This document shows positions 62,744 to 64,000 of a DNA stretch of 64,000 nt, in pieces. Both the position numbers and the translations under genes were made by a program. The notes below the pieces were generated by a model that was not told where the DNA came from, ran no database searches, and was given only the letters and a program-made list of their open reading frames with translations. The DNA is taken from the NCBI RefSeq assembly GCF_003918875.1, contig NW_025766248.1, forward strand, positions 1,240,001 through 1,304,000. Direction: 5' to 3'. Origin of the DNA: Haliotis rubra (Eukaryota). Each line of letters starts with the position of its first letter. The stretch's first letter is position 1.

Positions 62744-63694
62744 AAATAACAAATACAAATCAAATCAAATCAAAACAAAATAGAAAACAGAAACAGTTGG
62801 GCGATGATATTCATGAATATTCGTAGGAATAGCATGACATGAATAACTTTGCGACAATCGGTTAATGTGCAGGCATAAACTGTCAATAACATAAACAGTG
62901 AGGCATCACACATATTTGTCTTGTTATCAGTATTTGATAATGATTCATAAACACCCGCTAATGATATAGTCAAAATCGTATAATCGACTGTGCTTTTAGC
63001 AGAGACTTGTATCGGCTAAGGCTTTGTCGCTTTAATGCCTATTGTTAACTTAACGTCAACATTTACGCATCAAAATAGTCCCTGTGTTGTCGTGACACAT
63101 AAAACAGGTCGTTCCTCCATGGCACTGATCTGTTCCGAGTGGTGAGGGTTTCAAGCCTTACGGCGCTCAATTATCACTTCAGCTGCCAATCTGTTTGTGA
63201 CCAGCCCTGAGGAGATTGACTGCGACTTCAAATTAATTCGACAAGTTATCTCGTTTGGGCGGTTTCAGGAATTACACAGCTGTACAATCCTGACGTTTTT
63301 ACTTGACATGCGTTTTGAAAACAATAATTTTGAATCGTCAAATTGACCCGTCCAATAGATCGGATTGATTATAATTGTTCTCTTAATGTTTTGTCAGTCC
63401 TTTATATACACGTTATTTTACAAAGTCTTGTATCATTTCCTCAGTATCCTGATTATCCATTTTGCGAGTCTTTTAACTGCTTGACCTGCTGAAAATAGCA
63501 GACAGAACAATTTCTTTAGCATTGAGACAAGTGGTATTGTTTGCCATTAGAACTCATTCTGTATCATGCTTCCATTGACAATGTCAGTAGTCTATCGAGC
63601 CGCTGGTTGTGACCAGTCATTAATACTTGAAACAATGCTGATTGGACGGCCACCTTTAAGCCATTGTGTGACAATGTATTCATAGATTTCACGT

Positions 63695-63843
63695 NNNNNN
63701 NNNNNNNNNNNNNNNNNNNNNNNNNNNNNNNNNNNNNNNNNNNNNNNNNNNNNNNNNNNNNNNNNNNNNNNNNNNNNNNNNNNNNNNNNNNNNNNNNNNN
63801 NNNNNNNNNNNNNNNNNNNNNNNNNNNNNNNNNNNNNNNNNNN
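63695..63843. other. Assembly gap (N run), followed by a family A copy at 63844-64000
   Basis: Ns. Confidence 1.
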
Positions 63844-64000
63844 TCGGGTTAGAATATTGATCTTCAGTAACCCATGCTCGTCGTAAGAGGCGATTAACGG
63901 GATCGGATGGTCAGGCTCTCTGACTTGGTTGACACACGCCACACGTCACGGTTCCCAATTGCGTAGATCGATGATCATGCTGTTAATCACTGGATTGTCT

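Overview
AT-rich, repeat-dominated animal genomic DNA. The SINE content and the exon/intron-split transposon genes point to an invertebrate, plausibly a mollusc (inference). No intact host protein-coding gene is recognisable. The first ~15 kb is a nest of decayed elements: (1) a Gypsy/Ty3 LTR retrotransposon (gag with an unusual N-terminal ComEA-like helix-hairpin-helix domain, dead zinc knuckle, aspartic protease; minus strand); (2) an endogenous Polinton/adintovirus-like DNA-virus remnant (membrane-protein ORF, fibre-like ORF, penton, conserved ORF, protein-primed PolB fragment) split by an I/Nimb-type LINE; (3) a CR1/L2/RTE-X-like LINE with 5'-inversion geometry. The rest holds a Kolobok-like DNA transposon, a THAP + DDE_Tnp_4 transposase relic, an L1/Tx1 3' end inside a minisatellite, MITEs, satellites, two assembly gaps and more than 30 short retroposon copies from at least four families. 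The two best leads are non-coding. First, a ~300-nt tRNA-headed element that sits as a TSD-flanked inverted dimer at all three loci and carries an antisense hammerhead-like motif whose predicted cleavage site matches the element termini (retrozyme/Penelope-like). Second, a very abundant SINE-like family with no tRNA head, whose fixed 5' end can fold into a compact pseudoknot with compensatory substitutions (candidate new structured RNA or ribozyme). All protein family calls are motif recognition by eye, not database results.
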